A stretch of DNA of 64,000 bases from Dehalococcoidia bacterium. GTDB taxonomy: Bacteria; Chloroflexota; Dehalococcoidia; UBA2979. Below, piece by piece: positions 19,148-28,113 of this stretch. The notes under the pieces were generated by a model. It was not told the DNA's origin, did no database searches, and saw only the letters and a program-made list of their open reading frames with translations. A program made the position numbers and the translations under genes. The DNA lies in assembly GCA_965262725.1 (NCBI GenBank), contig OZ253555.1, forward strand, positions 2,048,001-2,112,000, written 5' to 3'. Positions within the stretch are counted from its first letter, which is position 1. Each line of letters starts with the position of its first letter.

Positions 19148-21849
19148 CGCCGCCCGCCCCGCCCGTCGCCAAGTTCGTCGAGCACGCGAGTCGCCACGGT
19201 GTTCATCCTGCTCGCCGCCAGCTCAAGCGAAGCGGCGCTGCGCTCGATGCCCGAGTCGGGGCCGCTGAACTCACCGGCCATCGCGTCGGTGAGCAGGGCC
19301 AGTTGCCCCGCCAGCCGCGCGAGCTGCTGCGAGGCGTCGTCCAGCTTGCCCGCCGACGGCTCGAGACTGCCCCCGATGCCCTCAAGCGCCTCGGCGCTGC
19401 GTGCTGTCGCCTGCTCCACGCTGGCGAATGCGGCCTGGAGCGCGCTCAGTTCGCCGCCGGCCAGTTCGATAGCGCTCGCCGCGACATCGAGCCGCTCCGC
19501 AGCGGGTTCGAGGCTGCCGCGGATGCCTTCGAGCGCGTCGGCGCTGCGCGCGGACGCCGCCTCGCTGCTGGCGAACGCGGTCTGCAGCGCGCCGATCCGC
19601 TCGGCTGCCCGCTCGGCCGCGCTGGCCGCCTTTGCGAGGTCGCGCGCGGACGGCTCGATACCGGCGCGGATGCCCTCGAGCGCGTCGGCGCTGCGCGCGG
19701 CGGCGGCCTCGGCCCCGGCGAGCCCGCGCTGGAGCGCCGCGAGCTGGTCGCCGATCTGCGCGACGCGGCCGAGCCGCTCGACGATCGCGGCGCTCTGCTC
19801 CTGCTGCTGTTTCGCCATCTCCGATGTCTGGTCGAGCGCCTCCCGCACCGCGACGAGCGAGTCGGCGAAGGGCTGGGCCGAGGCTTGCAGCGAGGCCCCG
19901 ACGGCGCGCAGTTCGCGCGTCAGTTCGCTGCCGGCGACGGCGAAGCCGGCGAGCGCCTCCTGCGGATCGGCGGCGCGCTGCGCCGCGCCAGCCGCCTCCG
20001 CCTGCGCGAGCACGGCGGCAAACGCCCGCGCTTCGCGCGCCGCTGCCCACCCGGCGCGCCCACGGATCAAGCCGAGCCACACGTTCACCGCGATCAGCAG
20101 CCCAAGGACGCCGGCGACTTGCAGTGCGGCGTGCTCAAGAGTCCCGCCGAGCCACCACCTGAAGATTCCGCCCAACGGCCCATCGCCGCCTTCCTGCACC
20201 CAGAACTCGAAGAACGGTTCTGAGCGATCCCATGCCGAGACTGCCGACTGGAGCTTGATCCACGTCCACAGCACCGGCATGAAGATCAGGACGTTGCGGA
20301 CGAGCTCGACGAGCCACTCGAAGCGATTGCGTACGAGGGCGGCGCCGACCATCTCCGGCGTGATGGCCGCCGGCGCCACGCTCATCGCCGGCGGCGACTC
20401 CCCGCGCTCGACGCCCGCGACGCGTTGCGCGTACTCCGAGACCGCCCCGGCGAGCCTCTGCGCGCCCGCACGGGCGAGCCGTCGCGCGTAGCCTTCAAGG
20501 CCCGCCGAGGCGCTCGGGGTATCGGCCGAGTGTCCGGCCGGCGCGTCCGGCTCCGAGGCGGCCGGCGGCTCGTTCGCCGTGGGTTCGGCAGGCTTCTCCT
20601 TGCCGTCCTCGTCACGCGCAGCGCTATCCGCTGTGGATGCGACGTGCGGAGCCCCCTGATCGGGCGGCTGCTCGCCGGGGTCTTCACTCACGGGCTCCTC
20701 CTCGCCGGTCGGCAGCTCGTCCGCCGCGGCTTCGGCAGGCTCCTCCTCGACATCCTCGTCACGCGCGGCGCCATCCGCTGCGGATGCGACGTGCGGATCC
20801 CCCTGATCGGGCGGCTGCTCGCCGGGGTCTTCGCTCACGGGCTCCTCCTCACCAGCCTCGCCGGGGCTGGGCGGCGTCAGGTCGGTGCGGACGGCGGGGC
20901 GGGCGCGCAGTCGCTCGTGCTCCTCGGGTGTGATCAGGCCCTCGTCGGCGAGGCTCTGCAACTCGCGCAGGCGCGACCTATCGCCGCTGCCGTCCGGCGG
21001 CTCCTCGCTCATGGCCTCCCCCTCGCCGCCCGGCGTCCCGTGCGGACGCCCGTCCACCGCGCTCGTGCGGTTGCGATGCTGCCCGCCCGCATCGCCCTCG
21101 ATCAAGCCGTCGCCGCTCCGGGACCGACGACCACCGGTTGCGTGGCTCTTCTCGCCGGATGCGTCGGCGTCCGGCCGCTCCTCCGCGCCGGGCACTGACT
21201 CCACCGACGATGGCGGGGCTTGGTCGTCGTCGCCGGAACCGGCGGCCGCCTCGCGCCGGGCCTGCTCCTCCGCTTTGCGGCGGGCCTGCTCCTCCCGGTT
21301 TCGTTGGGCTCGGCGTGCCTGCGCGAGGCGACGGGCGACGCCGGCTTCGCGTTCGAGGCGGTCACGCTCCTCGGCCTCCAGACGGTCACGCTCCTGCTCC
21401 GTCTCGCGGCGGCGGCGCTCCTCGCCGTCGCGGCGGGCTCGATCGACGGCGTCTGGCCACTCCTCCGCCTCGCGGCGCTGCCGCTCCTCATCGCGACGCG
21501 CCTGTTCGGCATCGCGCTGGGCCGCCTCTCGCCCGGCGAGCCTCACTTGGCGCTCGCTGTCCGATTCGAGTTCGTGGAGCCGGAGGCCGCGCCGCTCGCG
21601 CAGCAACTCGGGCAAGTTGAGCCACTCCTCGGGCGACATCAGCTCCTTCAGGCGCACGAGGGTCACTCGCTCGATCGCCTGGGCCCGGCCGCCGCGCGCA
21701 CGCCGTTCCCGATCGATCCAGCGGAAGTCGGGATCGTCCGAGCGCACTATGCGCGGCGCGAGATCCTCCAAATAGTACCGTTCCTGCTCGTCCCAGCGGC
21801 TCCACGCTCGGATCAGGTCGTCGAGCAGATCGAGGGCCGTCCCGTGCAT
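19144..21849 (-). CDS. SHOCT + TM + long coiled-coil protein (MotA/ZorA-like partner by context); strong internal start at 21012
   Basis: SHOCT RLRELQSLADEGLITPEEHERLRAR. Hydrophobic LVRNVLIFMPVLWTWIKL and ALQVAGVLGLLIAVNVWLGLI. ~300-aa heptad tail. Stop overlaps the MotB-like start. GGAGG RBS before ATG 21012. Confidence 0.6.
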   Translation of the reverse strand: MHGTALDLLDDLIRAWSRWDEQERYYLEDLAPRIVRSDDPDFRWIDRERRARGGRAQAIERVTLVRLKELMSPEEWLNLPELLRERRGLRLHELESDSERQVRLAGREAAQRDAEQARRDEERQRREAEEWPDAVDRARRDGEERRRRETEQERDRLEAEERDRLEREAGVARRLAQARRAQRNREEQARRKAEEQARREAAAGSGDDDQAPPSSVESVPGAEERPDADASGEKSHATGGRRSRSGDGLIEGDAGGQHRNRTSAVDGRPHGTPGGEGEAMSEEPPDGSGDRSRLRELQSLADEGLITPEEHERLRARPAVRTDLTPPSPGEAGEEEPVSEDPGEQPPDQGDPHVASAADGAARDEDVEEEPAEAAADELPTGEEEPVSEDPGEQPPDQGAPHVASTADSAARDEDGKEKPAEPTANEPPAASEPDAPAGHSADTPSASAGLEGYARRLARAGAQRLAGAVSEYAQRVAGVERGESPPAMSVAPAAITPEMVGAALVRNRFEWLVELVRNVLIFMPVLWTWIKLQSAVSAWDRSEPFFEFWVQEGGDGPLGGIFRWWLGGTLEHAALQVAGVLGLLIAVNVWLGLIRGRAGWAAAREARAFAAVLAQAEAAGAAQRAADPQEALAGFAVAGSELTRELRAVGASLQASAQPFADSLVAVREALDQTSEMAKQQQEQSAAIVERLGRVAQIGDQLAALQRGLAGAEAAAARSADALEGIRAGIEPSARDLAKAASAAERAAERIGALQTAFASSEAASARSADALEGIRGSLEPAAERLDVAASAIELAGGELSALQAAFASVEQATARSAEALEGIGGSLEPSAGKLDDASQQLARLAGQLALLTDAMAGEFSGPDSGIERSAASLELAASRMNTVATRVLDELGDGRGGRR
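20584..20853. repeat. Intragenic direct repeat, 147-bp period
   Basis: 20584-20706 ~ 20731-20853, encoding GEEEPVSEDPGEQPPDQG.PHVAS.AD.AARDED twice. Confidence 0.9.
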
Positions 21850-21865
21850 CGCTATCCCCGAGTCG

Positions 21866-22909
21866 TTACAGCGTGTCGAGGATCGCGTCGACCAGAACGC
21901 GGGCACCGAAGGGCTCGCGGCGGGCGTCGCCGGCGTAGGCGAACAGCGGGCTGCTGGTGCCCCACGCGAAGGCCGGTTCGTGGTCGCCCGCGACCTGGCC
22001 GAGGTTCAGCGCCTCCGCCAGCCGCCGACCTCCTATCACGTCCATCGCGCGCACGCGCTCGTGCCAGCCCGGTCCGGCTGGCAGCGACTCGATCAGCGGC
22101 GGGTGCACTGAGAAGCGCAGGCGGTCAGCCTTTGTCACCACCACCCAGACGCGGCGGCCGCCGGGCGGTGCTTCCACAAGCTGGAGCACGCGGTCGTTGG
22201 CGTCGGCGGGCTTCCGCCCGTCGCGCAGGGCGTCGGGGAAGGAGTCGGCGATCTGTGCGTGCTGCGTCGGGTCGATCACCAGCACGACCGCGTCGAACTC
22301 AGCGAGGGGCGGCAGCGGGCCGCGGCGGCCGCCTTCGATCGCGCGGGACTCCCAGATCCGCAGCGCTGCCTCGCTGCCGTCGCCACGCCGCACGGCGAAC
22401 TCCGTCGCGTGCAGGCTGCCGTCCTCGCCGCTCCGGACGGGCCCCGCCAGGCGCGGGCCGACGGCGGCGATCATGCCCTCGACGAGCGCCGACTTGCCGG
22501 CGCCGGCGGGGCCGCTGACCAGCACCCAGCGGTCGGGGGCCGTCTTGTCGCGCCGCAGCTCGTCGTCGGAGAGCACCTCGGCGGCAGCCCGTCCCCAGTC
22601 GTCCCGGATCCGGCGGTTTACCGCCCAGTACGCCAGAGCTCCCGCCGCCGCCGCGGCGGCAGCGGCGACGAGCAAGGTCTGACTGCGGTCCGCGAACGCA
22701 CCGAAGGTGACGCAGCCCGCGATGAGCATGGCGAGAGCGAGCGACGCCTGCGAGCGAGATGTACGGTGGCGCGAGAACGGCCTCAACGTCAGCAGCACAT
22801 CGGCTGCAAGCGCCCCGAGAGTCGCGCTCAGCAGCACCACAAGTGCGAATGCGCGCTCGATCTCGGGGAGGGCGAGGTCGAACGGGAATGGCCAGTCGGG
22901 GACGCTCAC
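21866..22909 (-). CDS. Membrane-anchored P-loop (TRAFAC-type) GTPase
   Basis: Three N-terminal TMs, G1 GPAGAGKS, G4 VVVTKAD. The G3 region is degenerate (LRIWESRAIEG). Confidence 0.7.
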   Translation of the reverse strand: MSVPDWPFPFDLALPEIERAFALVVLLSATLGALAADVLLTLRPFSRHRTSRSQASLALAMLIAGCVTFGAFADRSQTLLVAAAAAAAAGALAYWAVNRRIRDDWGRAAAEVLSDDELRRDKTAPDRWVLVSGPAGAGKSALVEGMIAAVGPRLAGPVRSGEDGSLHATEFAVRRGDGSEAALRIWESRAIEGGRRGPLPPLAEFDAVVLVIDPTQHAQIADSFPDALRDGRKPADANDRVLQLVEAPPGGRRVWVVVTKADRLRFSVHPPLIESLPAGPGWHERVRAMDVIGGRRLAEALNLGQVAGDHEPAFAWGTSSPLFAYAGDARREPFGARVLVDAILDTL

Positions 22910-23389
22910 TGTCGTTTCGGCTCACTCTGCATGGCCGCGATGGTACGCGTTGCCACCAGCACGCGCTGCACCTCCCAAGAGCTCAGTGCCTCGATGGATC
23001 AGGTGCTCATCCTGACCCGCTTCGGCTTCAACGTGGCAGCGATGAAGGCCACCGGAGCTTTCCCCTGCGGGATGGGGAGGACTGGTCTCGACCTGCGGAC
23101 TTCGCCACCATCTAGTCGTCCGAGACAGGCTGCTCGGTTCGTACCTTGCCTGGAGCTCCTACGCTCCGGGCAGACGCAGCCAGTGACGGGTCGCGTTCTG
23201 GCCTACCGGAACACTGTTCAAGCCAACTCGCTGTCGTTGAGCAGCACCCACCCGTTCGGCATGGCGCTCCTGCCGGGCGAGCGGCGTGCGAGCTGCACGG
23301 CCGCAGCGCGTTCACCTCCCCGCGGCTCCCGGCTCGCGCGCCTACAGAGCCACCGTCAATTCGAAAGTTCGCAGTACAGTCTTCCTTGG

Positions 23390-23720
23390 CCACCCTGCAG
23401 GGCATGACGCCGCTCGAGAAGCTAGAACGACTGCGGGCCGAGTTCCTTGGCATGGTCAGCCGTGAGGTGCTGACGCCCCTGACCGCGATCAAGGGCTCGG
23501 GCGCCGCCGTCCTGGGATCCTCGTTCCCCGTGAGTCTCGCCGAGGTGCGCCAGCTTCTTTGGCATCGTCGACGAGCAGGCTGACCACATGCGGCGGCTGA
23601 ACCGGGATCTCCTCCGACGTGACGCAGATCAACGCGGGAACGTTGCGGTCAGCCCCGAGCCCGATGACGTGGCGGCCATCGTCGACGCAGCCCGGTCCGC
23701 GTTCCTAGACGGCGGGCCCG
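23390..23720 (+). pseudogene. Histidine kinase (HisKA) remnant
   Basis: LERLRAEFLGMVSREVLTPLTAIKGS is an H-box with His replaced by Arg. Frameshifted continuation IVDEQADHMRRL..DLL. No HATPase domain. Confidence 0.7.
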
Positions 23721-23778
23721 CGAACATGCGGAAGACGCCCTCCCGCTGACGGCGAGGTTCCGGCGGCGCATGACGTGA

Positions 23779-24339
23779 TCAGAACACGCCGTCGCCGATT
23801 GAGTCGGCGACGGCGGCCCCGAGCAGGATCGCGACCACGGCGATCGCCGCCCACCGGCGTCGCCTCCGGCGGCTGCGGAGGATGCCCCGCAGCTCGCGGC
23901 GAAGGAGCCGGGCGAACCAGCCGCGGCGCGGGCCGCGTCGACGATGGCCGCGGGAGCGGGCGCGCCCGAAGAAGCGCCGCGACAGCGCTGCGGCGAGGCG
24001 AGCGAGGGGGACGGGAGCGACGCCCGTGATCTCCCCGAACCGGGGCGAGCGCCGGTCCCGGAGAGACTTCATGGCCGCTTCGAACCTGGCGGCGTCGCGG
24101 CGGGTGGCCCGCGGTCCCGACGTCCAGGCCAGGGAGGGGTTCCCTCCCGCCGTCGATGCGACCGCGCCGTCGCGGTGCTGGCGCAGCCGCCTCCCCACGT
24201 GGGCGGTGTGGCCGACGTAGTGCCCGTAGTCGGTAACGAGAACGTAGACGTAGAACCGCCGGGCGGGGTCGGCGGCGTCCCGGCGAGCCTGCGCCCGGCC
24301 CAGATCTTCGGGCTCGTAGTACCTGCGGCGTCCACGCAT
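23779..24339 (-). CDS. GIY-YIG nuclease with C-terminal TM helix
   Basis: FYVYVL..YGHYVGHT...RRLRQH...ARFEAAMK, then basic stretch and WAAIAVVAILLGAAVA. ATG 24339 is in the frame of track ORF 23779..25752. Confidence 0.75.
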   Translation of the reverse strand: MRGRRRYYEPEDLGRAQARRDAADPARRFYVYVLVTDYGHYVGHTAHVGRRLRQHRDGAVASTAGGNPSLAWTSGPRATRRDAARFEAAMKSLRDRRSPRFGEITGVAPVPLARLAAALSRRFFGRARSRGHRRRGPRRGWFARLLRRELRGILRSRRRRRRWAAIAVVAILLGAAVADSIGDGVF

Positions 24340-24428
24340 GGGGCGCCGTCCAGTGTGCCACGGCCGGCGGACCGGGCGCGACGGCCGCCGGGCGGTCCGC
24401 GGCACGGAGCTACGGCCCGGGTCCGCGC

Positions 24429-24790
24429 TCACGCGGCTCGCGTGTCCCTGGGGTTGCGGGTGACGAGCCATCCGAGGAGCGCCTCCAGCTCGCTGGGCTC
24501 GAGCCCGAAGGCGTCGCTCCAGCGGTCCCGGAAGCGGAAGTGGGTGCGGATCGCCTCGCCCTGATCGCCCGCCGAGCGGTGGATCCCGATCAGGGCGCGC
24601 ACCGCGTTCTCGTGCAGCGGGTCGGCGTCGAGCGCCGCGTCGATCGCCCGCCGCGCCGCCGGCAGGTCGCCGCTCGTGCTGCGCTCGTGGAGGGCGACGT
24701 AGGCGCGCTTCGCCGCGCTGGCGTTCGCCTGCGAGAGGTGAATCCCGATCAGGACGAGCGCCGCGCTCTCGCGCGCGGGGTCGGCTCCAG
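24429..24790 (-). pseudogene. BTAD-domain fragment (two partial BTAD segments, no clear N-terminus)
   Basis: ADPARESAALVLIGIHLSQANASAAKRAYVALHE joined to DADPLHENAVRALIGIHRSAGDQGEAIRTHFRFRDRWSDAFGLEPS. Confidence 0.6.
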
Positions 24791-24903
24791 CGCCGCGTGG
24801 AGGCAATGCCTGGCGCGGGTGACACGCATTCGGGTATTCCGCGTCGCGTCCGCCCCGTCCCCCGCCCGCTCCGGGACCGCGCGAGCACCACGCGCGGCCC
24901 GGT

Positions 24904-25737
24904 ATGATCCCGACGACCATGGGCACGGAGCGATCCGCAGCCGAGGCACGCAGCCGGGCCGGGCGCACCCGCGGGACGGGACGGGCCGCCGGTGTGATCC
25001 GCGTCTGCCTGTTCGACGAGTGCGAGCTCACCGAGGACGGCGAGTACCGTCCGCTTCCACGGGCCGTCCGCCGCCTGCTCGCGCTGCTGGCACTCAACCG
25101 GGAGGGTCTCTCCCGGAGCGACGCCGCGGCGCTGCTCACGCCGCACCTGAGCACGCAGGGCGCGCGCGGGAGCCTGCGGAAGACGCTCACGTGGCTGCGG
25201 GCCACGGGGCTGGACGTGGCGGAGGTCGACGGCGCCACGCTGCGGCTGGCCCCCGGGGTGAAGGTGGATGCGTGGGAGCTGGAGGAGCTGGTTGCCGGCC
25301 TCGCCGCGGGATCGGTGTCCCCCGGGCACGAACAGTTCCAGCGCTTGGCGTCCTGGCCCCCGCCCCGCTGGTACCCTCCCTGGCTGAGAGCCGAACTCGA
25401 GCGTCTGCGCGACCTCGTGCTGGAGGCGCTGGAGGCGGACGCGCGCCGGGCGGCGGCGGGCGGCGATGTGGAACGAGCACTGGCCGCCGCCTTCGCGGCG
25501 GTGGAGATCGATCCGCTTCGCGAGAGCAGCGTCGGCGTGCTGCTCCAGATGCTTTGCCTGGCGGAGCACCACACCGGGGTGCTGGAGATCTCCCGTTCCT
25601 TCTATCGGAGTCTCGAGGCCGTCGGGCGCGCGCCCTCGGAGGCGATGCAGGCGCTCGTCGCGGCGATGCTGGGTAGCGCCTACGGGAAGATGATCGAGAG
25701 CCTTCCTCGCAGCCGTCGCCGTCGTGCGCGGCGCTGA
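24904..25737 (+). CDS. SARP/AfsR-like regulator (wHTH + BTAD)
   Basis: RRLLALLALNREGLSRSDAAALL...ARGSLRKTLTWLR, VDAWE, AVEIDPLRES. Confidence 0.8.
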   Translation: MIPTTMGTERSAAEARSRAGRTRGTGRAAGVIRVCLFDECELTEDGEYRPLPRAVRRLLALLALNREGLSRSDAAALLTPHLSTQGARGSLRKTLTWLRATGLDVAEVDGATLRLAPGVKVDAWELEELVAGLAAGSVSPGHEQFQRLASWPPPRWYPPWLRAELERLRDLVLEALEADARRAAAGGDVERALAAAFAAVEIDPLRESSVGVLLQMLCLAEHHTGVLEISRSFYRSLEAVGRAPSEAMQALVAAMLGSAYGKMIESLPRSRRRRARR

Positions 25738-26057
25738 GCGGGGGCCGGACACGACCTGGCCCCGCGCGGCGGTTCGCGGCTCCGGCCACTCTCCTCGCTC
25801 CCCGGCCGCCGTAGCCGGGATCGACCAGTGCCGGTACCGGGGCTCTCACCTGCCGGGCCGGCCGAGGCGCCGCCCGATCGCGACGTGCGGGCACGTATGA
25901 CGCCGCGGGTTGCGGCCGAGCGACTCACCGGCGTGCGCCCCGGGGGTGCCTTCCGCGATGGCCCCGATCGCGATCCGGCGCTGCGGGGGACCAGGGCGGC
26001 TTCCGGTGTCCGCCGCGTGTCGAGTATCCTCCGGTCACCCTCGGGGGAAGGCCACCC

Positions 26058-26546
26058 GTGCGTTACGGCATCGCTACCCTGACCACCGCGCAGCGCCTCT
26101 GCCTGGGGCTCGCCGCTCTCGGCATGGTGGCCGCGGTCGTGGGCGTCTTCGCGCCTCTTGCCGAGGTGCGGTACAGCCACACGCCCGTCCCCATCCAAGT
26201 CGATCACCCATCCTATTTCTCCGACGTCACCGGCATCGAGCACGTCCGCGGCAACTACCCGGTGTCGGATGGGAAGTGGGTGGTGTTCTTCGCCTTGCTG
26301 GCGCCGCCCGCTCTCGCTGTGATGGCGGCGTTCCGGCGGTGGCGACTCTCGGCGCTGCCCATGCTGTCGGTGTCCGTCGGCCTTGCCGTCGCGTTCCTCG
26401 CTGTGGACGTGTATGCCGAGGCGGGCGGGAGCGATAGCGGCGAGGACGTCATCATCCAGAACGAGATCGCGATGCTCGTACCTCTGGCGGCCTTCCTCGC
26501 CGGTGCCAGCAGACTGGGGTGGCTGGGCATCACCCGCGAGGCATAG
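26058..26546 (+). CDS. Hypothetical membrane protein
   Basis: Four hydrophobic segments; GGGGAAGG upstream of GTG. Confidence 0.65.
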   Translation: MRYGIATLTTAQRLCLGLAALGMVAAVVGVFAPLAEVRYSHTPVPIQVDHPSYFSDVTGIEHVRGNYPVSDGKWVVFFALLAPPALAVMAAFRRWRLSALPMLSVSVGLAVAFLAVDVYAEAGGSDSGEDVIIQNEIAMLVPLAAFLAGASRLGWLGITREA

Positions 26547-26857
26547 CTGGCACCAGAGGCGCGGCGCTCATGGATCTCGGTGGGCACCATGCGGAGCGGA
26601 GCCGCCAGCCACCCCATGTCCGTCACGCGCACGTGGCGCCCCCACCCGGGGAGCGGATCGGGGCGTTGGGTGCGCGAGGCGACGGAGGTCGGGAGCAGCC
26701 GGAGCGCCGCCGTGTTGCACCCTCAACGAGATCCAGACGCTGGATGAGGCCGGGCCCGCCGAGCCGCTCAGCGCCCTCCCACCGGCCGCGTCGCGCTCGC
26801 GGGCGCGGCCCCGGGGCGGGGCTGTTGGGCGGGATCGCCCGTCCGGGGGGCACGCTC

Positions 26858-27694
26858 CTACTCCACCCACTCCCACAGGGAGCGTCGCCGGATCCGCAGG
26901 CCGCGGCGCCTGGCCGGCCGCCCGCGGAAGAGCGGGGCGACGAGATCCTGCAGCTCCTCGGAGGGCTCGAGCCCGGACTCGCTCATGCTGTCCTCGTGGA
27001 GGGCGAGGTAGGCGCGCTTCGCCGCGCCGGTGTTCGCCTGCGAGAGGTGGATCTCGATCAGGACGCGCGCCGCGGTCTCGCGCACGGGGTCGGCGTCCAG
27101 CGCCGCGTGCATGAGGTCCAGCGCCGGGCCCACCGCTCCGCGCTCCGCCAGCGCCCGCGCGCGCACATCGAGCCCGTGCAGCGAGCGGTCGCGCAGCCGG
27201 TCGCGGCTCCTGCGGACCCACTTCTCGTCCCAGCCGGGCAGCAGTTCCCGCGTGAGGAGCTCGACGTCTTCGGCGCTCAGCTCCCGGGGCTCCGGCGAGG
27301 GGTCGGCCAGCCGCCTGGCGAGCGCCTCGATCTCGCGGCTGTCGACCGCCACGTCGGCGCCGAGACGGAGCGTGCCGCGGTCCACCTCGACCAGCGATCG
27401 CGGGGCATGCTCGCGGAGGCGGACCAGTTCGGTGCGCAGGCTCGCGGCCGCGCTCACGGAGCCGAGGTGCGGCGTGAGCAGTTTGGCGGCGCTGGATCGG
27501 GGCAGGCCGCCGGGGTTCAGGGCGAGCAGCGCGACGAGGCGGCGTACGCCCTTCGGGAGCGTGCACTCGACGCCGTCGGCCGTGACCGCGAACTCCCCGA
27601 GAAGCGTGACCCGGAGCCCGGAGGCTCGCCGCCGGCCGGTGCGGGCCGCGCGGCGCAGCGGCGGCGGCTCGCCGGCTGCTGCTGGTGTGGCCAT
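26858..27694 (-). CDS. SARP/AfsR-like regulator (wHTH + BTAD), divergent from the tad operon
   Basis: LRVTLLGEFAV, RRLVALLALN, ELLPGWDEKWV, ALDADPVRETA, GLEPS. Confidence 0.85.
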   Translation of the reverse strand: MATPAAAGEPPPLRRAARTGRRRASGLRVTLLGEFAVTADGVECTLPKGVRRLVALLALNPGGLPRSSAAKLLTPHLGSVSAAASLRTELVRLREHAPRSLVEVDRGTLRLGADVAVDSREIEALARRLADPSPEPRELSAEDVELLTRELLPGWDEKWVRRSRDRLRDRSLHGLDVRARALAERGAVGPALDLMHAALDADPVRETAARVLIEIHLSQANTGAAKRAYLALHEDSMSESGLEPSEELQDLVAPLFRGRPARRRGLRIRRRSLWEWVE

Positions 27695-27818
27695 GTCGTG
27701 TCCTCCGATCCCGTCGCCGCGCCCGGAAGGAGCGTCTCGCGGCGGGGTCCGCGAGCGCCGGAGCGACTCGTCGCCGGGCCGGCCGCGGTGCCGGCCGGCG
27801 GCGCGGGCACGACCGGAG

Positions 27819-27957
27819 CGTCACAAATCGCGCGACAAACCGGACGCCTCCGGCGCCCCGATCCGAACCTGAACCGGCGGGACCGGGCGGCGTCCGGGGC
27901 ACGCGGACGCGCATCCCGGGGCCCGCCGCGGCCGTTCTTGTTGCGCGATTTGTGACG
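27819..27957. promoter_or_regulatory. 20-bp inverted repeat pair between the SARP gene and the tad operon
   Basis: cgtcacaaatcgcgcgacaa (27819-27838) vs ttgttgcgcgatttgtgacg (27938-27957), 19/20 complementary, 99-bp spacer. Confidence 0.75.
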
Positions 27958-28113
27958 TTCGCCGCCTAGGCTCGCGGTCCGTGTCGCCGGCGCCGGCCCG
28001 CGTGTCGCGAGGGCCCCGCCATCGGTCGCATCCGCACCGGCCGCGCCGGCACACCCACCGACCGTGTGCCGCCCCGGGGGGGAGGCACACGGGCCAGACG
28101 ACGGGACGGCGGG

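Noticed and set aside
17978-22909. Calling the locus canonical Zorya
   Set aside because: No ZorC/D/E, no clear OmpA motif and fewer TMs than ZorA; kept only as an analogy.
23105-23113. ccaccatct matching the tmRNA 3' end/flank
   Set aside because: 9 bp and in the wrong orientation for a direct att repeat.
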